In this document: piece by piece, positions 36,528 to 47,400 of the stretch
Layout: every line of letters starts with the position of its first letter
How positions within the stretch are numbered: the first letter of the stretch is position 1
DNA from: a virus
Lineage: Duplodnaviria > Caudoviricetes
IMG/VR virus record: IMGVR_UViG_3300007770_000001
Strand: one strand, 5' to 3'
DNA: 64,000 nucleotides
The notes under the pieces: generated by a model
The model's database searches: none
The model's input: the letters and a program-made list of their open reading frames with translations, nothing else
What the model was told of the DNA's origin: nothing
Position numbers and translations under genes: made by a program

Positions 36528-37591
36528 TGGCCATTGCAAGCCTCCGAGAGGACCTGATTGCCGATCGGTACGCGACCCTCCCTGTGGGGCCAGGGCTGGT
36601 GTATTCGTTCGAGACCCAGGCAGGGATCCCCGTAGACGCAGGGAACCCTCTCACCCGGGACCTGTCTCCATTCACGATCCGGATTGTAGTCCCGGATCTG
36701 GTCGCCGAAAACACAGGGATCGATGTAAACCTGATCGGCCGGGGAGGACAGTCTACCGACGAGTTCAACACAGCCGCGAACGCTGTTCGTTCCTCTTTCG
36801 GAATCTCTACGATCACCGGAGGGACAGGAGCCTTGTCTCAACTCGAGCGGATCGTGTCGGCAGGCCAAATTGTATCGGGAGCCACGAACACGGAGCGGGC
36901 TGTCTTCACTGATGCTCTGACCGCAGCCGATGTAGCCCGTCAGGTAGAGATCCTCCTGAACACACCGCCCCTGACGCTCTTCGTCAACCCGGCGAACATG
37001 TCCGTCAGCTACTCGACGGTCCAGCAGTTCTCGAATCGAACCCGCTGGGGATTCATGTTCGAGCGCTGGGGAGAGGGTCAGCCTGCGATCTCGTTCTCTG
37101 GATCCACCGGCGCGTTCATGGCGGGGGCGAACCCTGCCACAGCGATCCCAGGCCAAGCGGAAACGGGCTCAGCCAGCGGAACTCAGTTCGCATCGAAGCG
37201 GGACAGCGCCGCGTTCCAGAACTTCACCTCTCTGTACCACTTCTACAGGAACAACGGCTACATCTTCAATACGATAGAGGGGTCCGAAGCCCATCACATG
37301 GTAGGCGGCCTGGCCATTGACTACGACCAGTTCACCTACTTCGGCCACATCGAGAGGTTCTCCTACAGCTACCAGGAGGGGTCTCCTCATCGGATCGAGT
37401 GGTCCATGGAGTTCACCGTTAGCTTTATGTACGATCACGCGGAGAGGACTACAGTGGTGCAGCCGATGAGGGCCTTGGGGGAGACCCAGACCAACAGTGC
37501 AGACCCTGGGCTTGGCGCTGGTCTATCTTCCGGAGCCTCATCGGTAGATGAATCCCTGGCCCACCTGCCCATTGATCTCCTGGGGTTCTGA
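36527..37591 (+). CDS. second tube-initiator-like paralog
   Basis: LFVNPANM...RTRWGFMFERWGE...ISFSGSTG; similar to 35922. Confidence 0.6.
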   Translation: MAIASLREDLIADRYATLPVGPGLVYSFETQAGIPVDAGNPLTRDLSPFTIRIVVPDLVAENTGIDVNLIGRGGQSTDEFNTAANAVRSSFGISTITGGTGALSQLERIVSAGQIVSGATNTERAVFTDALTAADVARQVEILLNTPPLTLFVNPANMSVSYSTVQQFSNRTRWGFMFERWGEGQPAISFSGSTGAFMAGANPATAIPGQAETGSASGTQFASKRDSAAFQNFTSLYHFYRNNGYIFNTIEGSEAHHMVGGLAIDYDQFTYFGHIERFSYSYQEGSPHRIEWSMEFTVSFMYDHAERTTVVQPMRALGETQTNSADPGLGAGLSSGASSVDESLAHLPIDLLGF

Positions 37592-40500
37592 TGTCCTTGA
37601 GCAACCGCCCCTACATCGGGACCTGGCAGATGCGAGGCCAGACTTCGGTCAAGCACTCGCCCGATGCCATCGTCCTGATCAACGGCCACCAGGAGATGGC
37701 CACCTGTCCTACCTGCAACAAGGGTCTGGATCTCAACCGCTACATCACCAACATCTCGGTGGATGGGACCACCGATCCCGTTGCCTCCGCGAACATCTCC
37801 CTGAGCATCCCTCGCTATGACGCGAGTCTCTTCTCCTTCGATGGGAACCATGTCCTGAAGCCGGGATTGGAAGTCATTGTCTTCATGAAGGGATACTTCC
37901 CCATGAAGGGCTTCGCCAGCCTGGGGCAGGACCCCTCGGAGCTCGAAGGCTTCGACCCGGATGGAGTCCCCCTCTATCCCTACTACCAGGTGTTCAGAGG
38001 AGTCACGACCAACGTCTCCCATGGATTCAGCGGGGGCTTCTACACGGCGACTCTACAGTGCTCCAACCTCCTACACTTCTGGCAGAACCTCAAACTGTCC
38101 ACCAACGGTGCGGTGATGGGGAAGAGGCCGGCGGACTCCCAAGTCCAGCCTGATCTTCGGGGACACAAGTTCACCAGCGCCAACCCCTACGCCATCATCT
38201 ACACGCTGGTTCGGGTGGGGTTCGGGGCTGCCTATGGCGTCGAGTTCATGCTGGGGAAGCAAACCAGCATCTCGGCCAAGGACGGGGACAACCGCAAGTA
38301 CCAGTTCAAGCACGCCGCTGAGTGGTGGGAGAAACGTTGGACGGAGCACTCAGGCAGCCTCCGCATGTATGGGATTGACGGGAGGATCTTCAACGCCTTC
38401 GAGCAGGCGTACCTGGGGGCCTGGTACGACACCCGGGGAGAGTCCTCTGGAAGCTCTGTGCTCTTCCAGACTGCGCAAAGGATCCTGCAGACGGAGGGCC
38501 AGGACTACAATCCCCAGAGGCATCAGGAGTTCTTGGAGAAGGCCCAGGAGTTGGGATACGACCCCCTGGCTACTCGGGCTGCTGTGTACGATACATCAGG
38601 AGGGAACGGGACGTCCTTCGCGACCGAGGACGTTCTACGGATGCAGGCGTTCACTCTCGATGTGGGGCGTCTTGGGTCCATCAACATGTTCGAAACCGAG
38701 TACATGTCCAAGCTCGAGATCGTCGAGCGGGTCAAGTCTATCACAGGCTTCGAGTTCTACCAGGACGTTGATGGGGACCTCGTCTTCAAGCCCCCTCTGT
38801 ACAACATGGACACCCGAGACGACCCTGTCTACGTGATCGAGGACCGGGATCTGATCTCCATCAACCCTTCTGAGGGAGAGCCCGAGGCCACCATGGTCAA
38901 GGGGACAGGCTCCCACTTTGCCAATCTCTCCGGACACGGGATCGAAGGATGGCTGGGGGTCGGGGGTGTCTTCATCGACTACAAGCTGGTCGCTCAGTAC
39001 GGATACCGCGAGGAGACCTTCGAGTCGAACTACCTGAGCTCTCGCCAGGCTCTGTTCGTATCTGCGATCAACCGACTGGACATGGCCAACGTAGGAGTCA
39101 AGAGCGCCTCCATTACCATCCCTCTCCGCCCCGAGCTCCGCCCAGGCTTCCCTGTCTACGTCCGCTCCATGGACTGCTTCTACTACGTGAGGTCCTTCTC
39201 CCACAGCTACCAGGCCGGTGGGCAGTGCAACACCCAGATCAACGGAGTGGCCAAGAGGGCCAAGTGGCTTCCCCCGATGGAAACCCCAGGAGACGGTTCT
39301 CTTCCGGATGTCTCCCACGTTCGCCTGGACGCTCCTGGGGAGTTCCCTGCCCAGCCCATGATGGGATTCGACCAACATATGTCGGAGGACGCGGGGGATG
39401 CAGGACCCCCGCGCAACTACGGATTCCCCAACGTTGTCTTGGCATTGGACCCAGACAAGATCAACCTGGCCACTGTGGATCTGGCGAGCGGGGTCATCAC
39501 TGCGGAGGGGTACATCCAGATCGCCCTGACCTCAGGGATCCTGGAGCGCGGGGAGACCGACCAGATCTTCTATCTCAGGTCCTCCAATGAGGAGAAGATC
39601 GAGATACAGCTGTCCGAGATCGAGCAGCAGTGGACGGATGTCCAAGAAGCCCTCAAGGCAGGCACCTACCAACCGGATCCCAGCAACAACCTGGGATTGG
39701 TCCTGGCCGCAATCCAACGCCGGACTTCCATAGATGTCTCAGATTCCTCGAACCTGAACAACTACCTGGCGCTGCAGACTTCCTTGAAGGGCACTTTTGC
39801 TCCAGGCACCAGCGCCCAGGGCCGATACCGATACTTCTCGTGCTCACATCCGGACGCAGAGCATCAGGCGCCAGGGAACCTCTATGTTGATCACGAAACC
39901 TCTGAGCACTCTACGGTGGCAGGGGGAGTTCCTGATGAGGGCTTCACCACCTCTATCCGCGCACTGACCAATGCAGGGAACGGCAAGGGGATCGCTCTCG
40001 ATACAGAGCCCCGGCCTATCCAGAGAGGGATCAAGGTAGCGGCGCTCTCCCAGAAGGAGGACCCGGGAGACTACAGTTTCCAGACGGAGGTCATGGCAAC
40101 CTCCGATATCCGGTTCGTCACATTCGGCCCCCAGACGGTCAGGAAGCGGATCACGGTGTCTCGGACCAAGCCCGGTTGGAGCGCGGGGACCAACTTCGGC
40201 CTGTCCCCCTCCTCGACCAAGGATGCCTACACAGCCCTGCTGGAGTCCCGAGCGGTTCCTGATCCTGGCCTCACTATCGGAGAGAGGTTCGAGGACGAGT
40301 ACTTCCGAATCCTGGGAGAGATCCTTCAGTTCAGTCAGGACCTGGGTGTGGATTCCGCTTCCCAGGTTAGTGCGGCCCAGTCCAAGGTGTCAACCGTGGG
40401 TCGGTGTCTGGATAGCTATGCGAAGCAGCTTGCCGAAGGATCCGACGGAAGCCTGGTATCTGCGGTGTTCATCCGGAAGTCGGACCTGGACGCCGTTCGG

Positions 40501-41460
40501 TCCTTGGCGTCCTCCTTGTCTCAAGGGCTGTGGGCCTATACCCGCCAAGTTGTCAGCGCAGCGAATAAACTTTCACCCGAGGACTGGTCCGAGTTCATGG
40601 ATGCTCGGGAGAGCTTCATCCGGAACTACACAGACGGCGTTGTAGAGGTGTCTGAAGGGGAGCCGGGTGTCTTGGTATTCCGCCCAGACTCCTATGAAGA
40701 GATCAATGACTACACCCCGATCTTCCCTGTCTCCGACGCGGGAGGCTATGAGGTGTACGGGAACCTCCCATACGGTCGGGGAGTGGGGGTAGAAGCCTTC
40801 GCGTCCCTGATGGATAGCACTACCCAAGGGGACGATTCAGGAGACGCTACAACCACGTCTACGACCTCCACCACATGGGTCGGCGGGGTAGGCTCAAACG
40901 CCTCCGACCTCCAAGCTATCGAGAAGTTCATCATCCTTTTCCTGGCCGGAGAGGATCCCCAGACGATCTTTGGGAAGCTCTCGGCCACCGAGAGGGATGC
41001 TGTCCTGGCGGCATCCAATACCACGGAGGAGGCAATCACACGGGAGGCAGTTGAGAGCCTCCAGCACAACTCCACCAGCCAGAGAGCCCGTATCCGGAAC
41101 ACTCCAGTGACCAGCTTCTTCCGGGGAATGTCCCAGACAGGAGAGGTGGCTGCCGCCAACCTCGCAGATCTCTCGGTTACGGGAGACACCTGCGTCTGTA
41201 AGGGGGCTGACGCCGCGACTCTCCTCTCAGCTTTCTCGGAGGAGTTCATCGACCTCTTCGATGATCCTGTCCAGGGCTTCCTGGAGCAGCAGGCGGCTGG
41301 GGTCAGCGAGAGCCATCAGTTCTCCCGAGAGGCAATGGCGGGCTCTATTGTGGACAGCAGCAACGAGCAGCCTCTCGCCGACTTCTCCCGCGCAATCCAA
41401 GATTCCGTAGGGAACCTCACCGGAGGGTTGGCCTCCGCAACGGATGGGGATACCACATGA
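37591..41460 (+). CDS. baseplate hub-like protein (gp27 class) with long extension
   Basis: 1289 aa; FEFYQDVDGDLVFKPP, ITIPLRPELRPGFP, YYVRSFSH. Confidence 0.65.
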   Translation: MSLSNRPYIGTWQMRGQTSVKHSPDAIVLINGHQEMATCPTCNKGLDLNRYITNISVDGTTDPVASANISLSIPRYDASLFSFDGNHVLKPGLEVIVFMKGYFPMKGFASLGQDPSELEGFDPDGVPLYPYYQVFRGVTTNVSHGFSGGFYTATLQCSNLLHFWQNLKLSTNGAVMGKRPADSQVQPDLRGHKFTSANPYAIIYTLVRVGFGAAYGVEFMLGKQTSISAKDGDNRKYQFKHAAEWWEKRWTEHSGSLRMYGIDGRIFNAFEQAYLGAWYDTRGESSGSSVLFQTAQRILQTEGQDYNPQRHQEFLEKAQELGYDPLATRAAVYDTSGGNGTSFATEDVLRMQAFTLDVGRLGSINMFETEYMSKLEIVERVKSITGFEFYQDVDGDLVFKPPLYNMDTRDDPVYVIEDRDLISINPSEGEPEATMVKGTGSHFANLSGHGIEGWLGVGGVFIDYKLVAQYGYREETFESNYLSSRQALFVSAINRLDMANVGVKSASITIPLRPELRPGFPVYVRSMDCFYYVRSFSHSYQAGGQCNTQINGVAKRAKWLPPMETPGDGSLPDVSHVRLDAPGEFPAQPMMGFDQHMSEDAGDAGPPRNYGFPNVVLALDPDKINLATVDLASGVITAEGYIQIALTSGILERGETDQIFYLRSSNEEKIEIQLSEIEQQWTDVQEALKAGTYQPDPSNNLGLVLAAIQRRTSIDVSDSSNLNNYLALQTSLKGTFAPGTSAQGRYRYFSCSHPDAEHQAPGNLYVDHETSEHSTVAGGVPDEGFTTSIRALTNAGNGKGIALDTEPRPIQRGIKVAALSQKEDPGDYSFQTEVMATSDIRFVTFGPQTVRKRITVSRTKPGWSAGTNFGLSPSSTKDAYTALLESRAVPDPGLTIGERFEDEYFRILGEILQFSQDLGVDSASQVSAAQSKVSTVGRCLDSYAKQLAEGSDGSLVSAVFIRKSDLDAVRSLASSLSQGLWAYTRQVVSAANKLSPEDWSEFMDARESFIRNYTDGVVEVSEGEPGVLVFRPDSYEEINDYTPIFPVSDAGGYEVYGNLPYGRGVGVEAFASLMDSTTQGDDSGDATTTSTTSTTWVGGVGSNASDLQAIEKFIILFLAGEDPQTIFGKLSATERDAVLAASNTTEEAITREAVESLQHNSTSQRARIRNTPVTSFFRGMSQTGEVAAANLADLSVTGDTCVCKGADAATLLSAFSEEFIDLFDDPVQGFLEQQAAGVSESHQFSREAMAGSIVDSSNEQPLADFSRAIQDSVGNLTGGLASATDGDTT

Positions 41461-43868
41461 GCACCGCAGCCCTCAAGGAAAAGCTCCGCCCCCGCCAGCT
41501 TCGAAAGGACCGCGCAGGGGGCCAGCCCGGGGAGTACCCACTTCGGATCGCCAAGGTCACCGAGGTGGACTCTATCCAGCGGACGTTTTCCCTGTACATC
41601 CTCACAGGGAGTGGAGACACCTACGACAAGATGCAGATGTCCTTCCCCGGAGCAGGGGCTCGACACTTCCTCGGCGCCATCCCAGAGGTGAATGACCTCT
41701 GTGTGGTGGGATTCTCCCCTGCCGAGTCAGGGAGCTCAGCTGTCCCTTATGTGGTGGGATGGTTGGTCCCGGGAGCTTCGGCTGGGTACGACTGGTTGAT
41801 GACCTCTCCGACCAAGGAGGACGAGGTCTCCCTCACCCCAGCTATGCGAGAAGCCCTCACGGGAACATTCGGCCGGAGGCGCCACAAGCTCCGACACTTG
41901 GAGGCCGGGAACGTAGGGGCCTCCAGCTCTCAGGGATCTGATCTCATCCTTGACGAGGGGGTCCTCCTGGCCAACCGGAGAGGGAACGAGCTCCTCCTCA
42001 GGGATCAGGATCAAGCTCTCGTCTCCCGGTCCTTGCAGAGGTTCCATGCGGGAGCCGGGGTCCGCACCTATTCGGGAATGGTCCAAAGGGATAGCACTCT
42101 CCTTCCGACCCAGATGTTTGCTGATGACATCGACTGGACAGCGGGCAAGCAGATCGAATCCGACGGAACCGCCGTGGCGCCTGGAGATCTCCCAGAGACC
42201 GACAACCCCGGAGCACTCACCGCACACCCCGTATTTGAAACCAACCTGCAGATGGGGAACGTAGATCCCAACCAGGCACTGGTTCGTGGTCTGTTCATCG
42301 ACGAACACGGGATGATGTACGACGAATTGGTGCGTCCTTCGGCGACCTATGGGGGAAAGAACCTCTATCGGGTCTCCATGGATCCCAACGCTGACGGGAG
42401 CTACCCGAACGCTGCGTTGAGCGAGGATGCTGAGGTCTTCACCGAGGTCCGTTGGGAGGTCTCCCATACGGCAGACGGAACTCTCCCGGTTACTGAGCAG
42501 ACCGATGGGATCGACATCGATCGGCTCCTACCGAACGCTCCCACCGAGGGGACGGACGGGAGTGGGGATGTGAACCCCCTGAACCGATCCCCGAACGCTC
42601 CTATGGTTGAGGTCGTCATGGGAACGGCGATCGGGAACGATCCGATCAACGAGAGGTCCAGTTACGGCCGTCCGTTGGTCCCCGCCCTGTTCGACGAGAA
42701 CGGAAGATTCTCTCCAGGTCTCCACGCTGCGGGACCTACAACCCCGGTCTCGGACCACGCCGCCTTCCTGGTTCGGGTCCACAACCCCACTGACCCCAAG
42801 GCCCCTCCCGCCTTCATGGCGATCACCAAGGGCGGAGCATATCGATCCTACTTCCCGGGGTCTGGGTCCGAGAGCCACCAGGAGTTCTACCAGACGGGGA
42901 AGAGAATCCGCGTCGGGAGAAGCGCTGCTGGAGAGAGCTACGTCCTCGAGGGAACAGGAGGTGTCTCTGTCCGAGGAATCGGCGTGGGCCGCTCCGTGGA
43001 CAACATTGGTGTGGAGATGCGGGCAGAGGAGTCCGCTGTCTCTATCTTCGGAGGAGCCGCGACGACCTCAGGGGCAGCCTCTCCGACTTCCGACCCCAAT
43101 CTGACTCTGGCGGGCAACAGATACGCTGTCCTGATCGAGAGCGCCAAGTCTATGTTGCTCTCGGCAGTAGAGACGCTCAAGATCTCGGGCCAACGAGTGG
43201 AGCTCGATGAGATCGATACTCTCAGGGCCCGCGCGAACACCTCTATGGAGATCCTGTCCGGAGACACGATTGCTGTGTCCTCCAAGAAGCTGAACGTGAC
43301 CATCACAGGGAAGGCAGAGTTCACCTACGGAGGGCCTCTCGACTCCAAGCCCACCAACGGTCCCTCGCGGACGACCACGTTCACAGCCACCCCACTGACG
43401 GGAGGGACCGGCGGGGTCGTAGATCGCTTCGACTACGTGTTCGGCGGCCGGAAGTCGGTGTTCCGCGTCGGACGCCAGGATACAGTGATGAACGCAGGGT
43501 CGTTCAATGTCACCACCATGGCGCCAGCCCCAATCACGGTAGGCCAGGGTTCCGGAGTCCATCTCTCCACAGGACTTCCGGGATTGAAGAACAAGCTGGA
43601 CCTGGATGTCCTCGGAGCAGCATTGGTGGCCGGAGCGGGGTCCGTGAAGGTACAGGCGACCAAGGGGTCCGCCTCATTGAAGGGGAGTGTGAGCGCCGTG
43701 GTCCAGGGTGGGATATCAGCAACGATCCGTGCGTCCTTTGTCAAGGTGAACACACCTACTCCCTTCACAGGAGGAGTCCTCACTGACGGCTGCCTGAGCC
43801 CCATTACAGGACGTTCGTACGCGCTGTCCGGAGGCCTGGGAGTCGCTACCTTCCGAGTCTCCAACTGA
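41457..43868 (+). CDS. baseplate spike-like protein (gp5/VgrG OB fold plus beta-helix)
   Basis: IAKVTEVD...GAIPEVNDLCVVGF; C-terminal beta-strand repeats. Confidence 0.65.
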   Translation: MSTAALKEKLRPRQLRKDRAGGQPGEYPLRIAKVTEVDSIQRTFSLYILTGSGDTYDKMQMSFPGAGARHFLGAIPEVNDLCVVGFSPAESGSSAVPYVVGWLVPGASAGYDWLMTSPTKEDEVSLTPAMREALTGTFGRRRHKLRHLEAGNVGASSSQGSDLILDEGVLLANRRGNELLLRDQDQALVSRSLQRFHAGAGVRTYSGMVQRDSTLLPTQMFADDIDWTAGKQIESDGTAVAPGDLPETDNPGALTAHPVFETNLQMGNVDPNQALVRGLFIDEHGMMYDELVRPSATYGGKNLYRVSMDPNADGSYPNAALSEDAEVFTEVRWEVSHTADGTLPVTEQTDGIDIDRLLPNAPTEGTDGSGDVNPLNRSPNAPMVEVVMGTAIGNDPINERSSYGRPLVPALFDENGRFSPGLHAAGPTTPVSDHAAFLVRVHNPTDPKAPPAFMAITKGGAYRSYFPGSGSESHQEFYQTGKRIRVGRSAAGESYVLEGTGGVSVRGIGVGRSVDNIGVEMRAEESAVSIFGGAATTSGAASPTSDPNLTLAGNRYAVLIESAKSMLLSAVETLKISGQRVELDEIDTLRARANTSMEILSGDTIAVSSKKLNVTITGKAEFTYGGPLDSKPTNGPSRTTTFTATPLTGGTGGVVDRFDYVFGGRKSVFRVGRQDTVMNAGSFNVTTMAPAPITVGQGSGVHLSTGLPGLKNKLDLDVLGAALVAGAGSVKVQATKGSASLKGSVSAVVQGGISATIRASFVKVNTPTPFTGGVLTDGCLSPITGRSYALSGGLGVATFRVSN

Positions 43869-44434
43869 TGGCGTTCACAGCACCCCCCACCACAGTCGCC
43901 ATCATCACCGCAGGGCCTGATTTGACAGGCCCTCTATGGATGCAGATAGCCTCTGCGACCGGCGCGGGTGTCGCGGCATGGATCCGATCAGTCAAGCTCC
44001 AAGGCACCGTATCCGGCTTCCTGGGGGCTGGAACAGTCCAAGGGAAGTTCACTGTAGTCCCCAGCGCAACCCCTGTAGTGGCAGCGTTTGTAGCAGCCGG
44101 CCTGAGCGGACCTACAGGCCTCCGGATGGCTTCTGCGGTAGGGCTGGGAGTCGCCAACGCTTTGAACGCTTCAGCGACCTACAAGGGGGTCTCTACAGGG
44201 GCCGTCGGAGCGGATGCATCTCGAGTGGTATCTGCCCTGGCGCCTTCCTTGGCCACCTCCCTCATATCCTCTCTTGCAGCTCAGGGGATCACAGGACCTG
44301 TTGCTCTCCGATACGCGACCGCTCTGAGCAACGGTATCAGCGCTATCGTGAGGACAGGTAGCGGTGTCGGCGTGTCGACAGGGGGAGGAGGTCCTCTACC
44401 GGGTATGGGGGCCTCAGTATCCACGCTGTTCTGA
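43868..44434 (+). CDS. Ala/Gly-rich structural protein
   Basis: TGATG coupling within the tail module. Confidence 0.6.
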   Translation: MAFTAPPTTVAIITAGPDLTGPLWMQIASATGAGVAAWIRSVKLQGTVSGFLGAGTVQGKFTVVPSATPVVAAFVAAGLSGPTGLRMASAVGLGVANALNASATYKGVSTGAVGADASRVVSALAPSLATSLISSLAAQGITGPVALRYATALSNGISAIVRTGSGVGVSTGGGGPLPGMGASVSTLF

Positions 44435-44445
44435 AGGGATCCTGA

Positions 44446-47400
44446 GTGGGCTTCAATCTCTCTGGGTACGTGCTCCGCCCGGCGCGCGTAGCGACTGGGA
44501 ACGCTTCTTCCACAGGGGAGGCGACCTCAGGAGTCAGCCGGGATCATCTCTCTCCCGCGGAGATGTTGGCAGCGGGATACGAGATCCCGGCTCCCCGCGA
44601 CGTAGAGCCCTATGCCGACATGTACAGGGCAGCTGTCCTCCTGAGAGGAGGCGGAACGGACGAATACCTGGTGTGGGCAGCCACCTCTGGATCCCTGTCT
44701 ACAGTGGACTCGGATGCGTTCAGAATCTCGGGAGATCCCACCTACGTCCAACCGGCCGAAGGATCCCTGACCGTCGGGACCTACACAGACGGGACCGCTA
44801 CCTTCTACGTGAGGGATGAAAACGGACGGGACCTGTCCTCCGTGACCGGGATGACTCTCCTCCGGGGCGACACCTTGGGGCAGGTGGTCGCGGCTTTCGA
44901 TCCGGGGCAGGATCCCCTCATCGGGAAGGTGGTCATTGACGCCGCCACTCTCTCTTCGATGGGGGGAGGGTTCTCGGTAGGCAGAGGGGACCAAATCCTC
45001 CTCGTCTCGTACAGGCTCTCAGGCCCTACCTTCTGGTGGTCTCGCAACGATTCCCAGGCGACACGATTCGGGTGGGATGGCAGCAAGGGGAGGTGGGTTC
45101 CGTTCCAAGGCACCACTCCCCAGGATCTCGGGGAGGTGGGTTCGAAGGACTCTTATGAGCTCTCCCCACCCCCGTCCCGCTTCTCCGTCGGAGACACCCT
45201 TCCCGGAGCCTCTGGTTCTCCGGATAGCTTCTCCCTGGTTCGTGGGGGTCTGTTCCCCGACTCGACCGCGATACCCCTGGATATCCTGGTCGTCGCCGAC
45301 CCCGATACCGAAGGGGACTATCCTGCAGTGGGCTCGGGATACGACGCTGTGGTCGGAGTCACCAACGGGGTCCTTCTCCTCAACACCACATACACCACCG
45401 CCAACGTAGGCCTCACCCTCTGGTACAACCCCGAGAGCTTCCGCCCTGGGGACGATGGGGATCTCGGGGAGCTCGCCGGCCTTCCCACGGACTCAACTCT
45501 GGGATATCCGGTCCTCTCTCCAGTCCCTGGACCCACCGAGCGACCCTTCATTCGCCTTGGGAGTCGCAGGTACCTGGCGCCTGTGGCCTACGATACAGAC
45601 GCGGACCTTCCTGGGGATCCCTCCTCCGTCCCTGAAGGAGAGGTCTGGTGGTCTCGTGCAACTGGGAAGGTGGTGTTCTCCGAGACGGACATCAAGAAGA
45701 CCCAGCCGGGAGAGACCGAATACGATATCGCATATCTGGGAGCTCACGCTTTCTACGATGGGGTTTCCCTCTCCACCCAGCCTGTTCCGCTCCAGAGCCC
45801 TGTTCCTCTGGTGGACGAGAACGGGAATGAGCTGGTCGGAGAGGATACTGGAGGCTCTGGTGTTCCTGGGTCTGGGGATCTCTTCATCCAGAGGAGTGCC
45901 TCTATGCCCCCTCCAGGAGCCTCCGGAGTCCTCTATGTTCCTGATAGGACCGGAGAGAGCCCGGATTCCTCAACCGCAGCGAACGCTCGCCCCAACGGCA
46001 GCGGACTGGTCCGTCAGCTTGAGGGCGTCGGAGATACCTTCATCTTTGCAGGCTCTCGTGCTCTGGAGACCCTCGAGGTTGTCGAGTACGAGGAGGATAT
46101 CCCCACCCTCAAGATTCGAGTCAAGAAGACCGAGGCAGTGACCTCTCTGGAGCCCGCACCCTCCCAGCCGCCAGGGTTCGCTGCGACCTCCCGAGTCCAG
46201 ATGAAGCGAAGAGGCATCAAGGGAGAGGGTCTCTACTTCGCGCAGGCCCAGGTCACTCCAGCCACGTACTCGGACGAGGCGCGGCTCTATTCTCGGAACT
46301 CGGAGCCCTACACTCTCGTGGGGACAGAGGAGCTTCGCTTCGCCGTAGACGGCACCCCCTACACATGGACGGCCTCTGGAAGCGGAGAGTTCACCGCAGC
46401 TCAGATCGCAACGGAACTCAACACGGTCATCACCGGGACGGGCCAGGCAGGGGTCATCCGAGGTCGCGTCTTCATCGAGGCCGGAACTCCTTCTTCGGGG
46501 CGTGTGGAGATCGGCTGGAACACCGACGCCGATGACCTCTCCGGACACACCGTCCTGGGATTCCTTCCCGGCTGGAGGGTGGATGCCTCAGGGGACACCT
46601 TCCGTTGGCAGCCCGACAACGGATCAAGCCTCGGCCTGTACCGGAGTCCTGAGAATCTGAGCCGGGAGAATCTGACCGCAGACATCCGAGCGACAGGCTC
46701 CTACACTGGGAAGGTGTTCACCGATAACGTCCAGGCCAGCCCGTTCGTTCATGTCAACAACCCTCCCTTGGTGGACATCCCCGGCTTCGATGAGGACGTA
46801 CACTTCCAGATGAGCCTTGGGCTGAACCTGGTCCGTCTGTCCAACTATGGTCTCCGTCAAAGGGTTGGCCTCAAGTACGATCTGGAGAACAACCGGGTCA
46901 TCTGGGCCGAGTTCGGAGAGACCCCCGCCACAACTGTCCTGTCCCCAACGGATACGCTTCAGCTGGACCACACGGGGGTCATCGAGGAAACAGTAGACAG
47001 CGAAGCCATGGATCCCACTCGGGCAGGCTTCGGTCTGTACCTCAAGCGGCCTGGTCTCATCAGCTATTCAGAACTGGGACAGGGTTCCGAGTTTCTCCTC
47101 CCTGGAGAGGGAGCCCCCGGGCAAGCTGTTCTGATCTCCCCCGAAGGAGGTTCCGTTTACTCCGGGGGTGGCGGAACCTTCTCATCGGGGGTCTTCTCGA
47201 ACCCTGTCCTGAGCCCCGAGTCAACCCAGAACGCGATCCTCCAGGGGAATCTCCTGAGCGCCGTTTCGGTGGGTGACAGACTCCATGTCATCAACGGATC
47301 CGGGGCCGGTCTCTACACAGTCACTGGCGCCAACCTGGTCGGGGGGATCGCTGAGTTCACTGTCTCCCCTACACCTGCTGATGAGACAGGACTCTCGTGG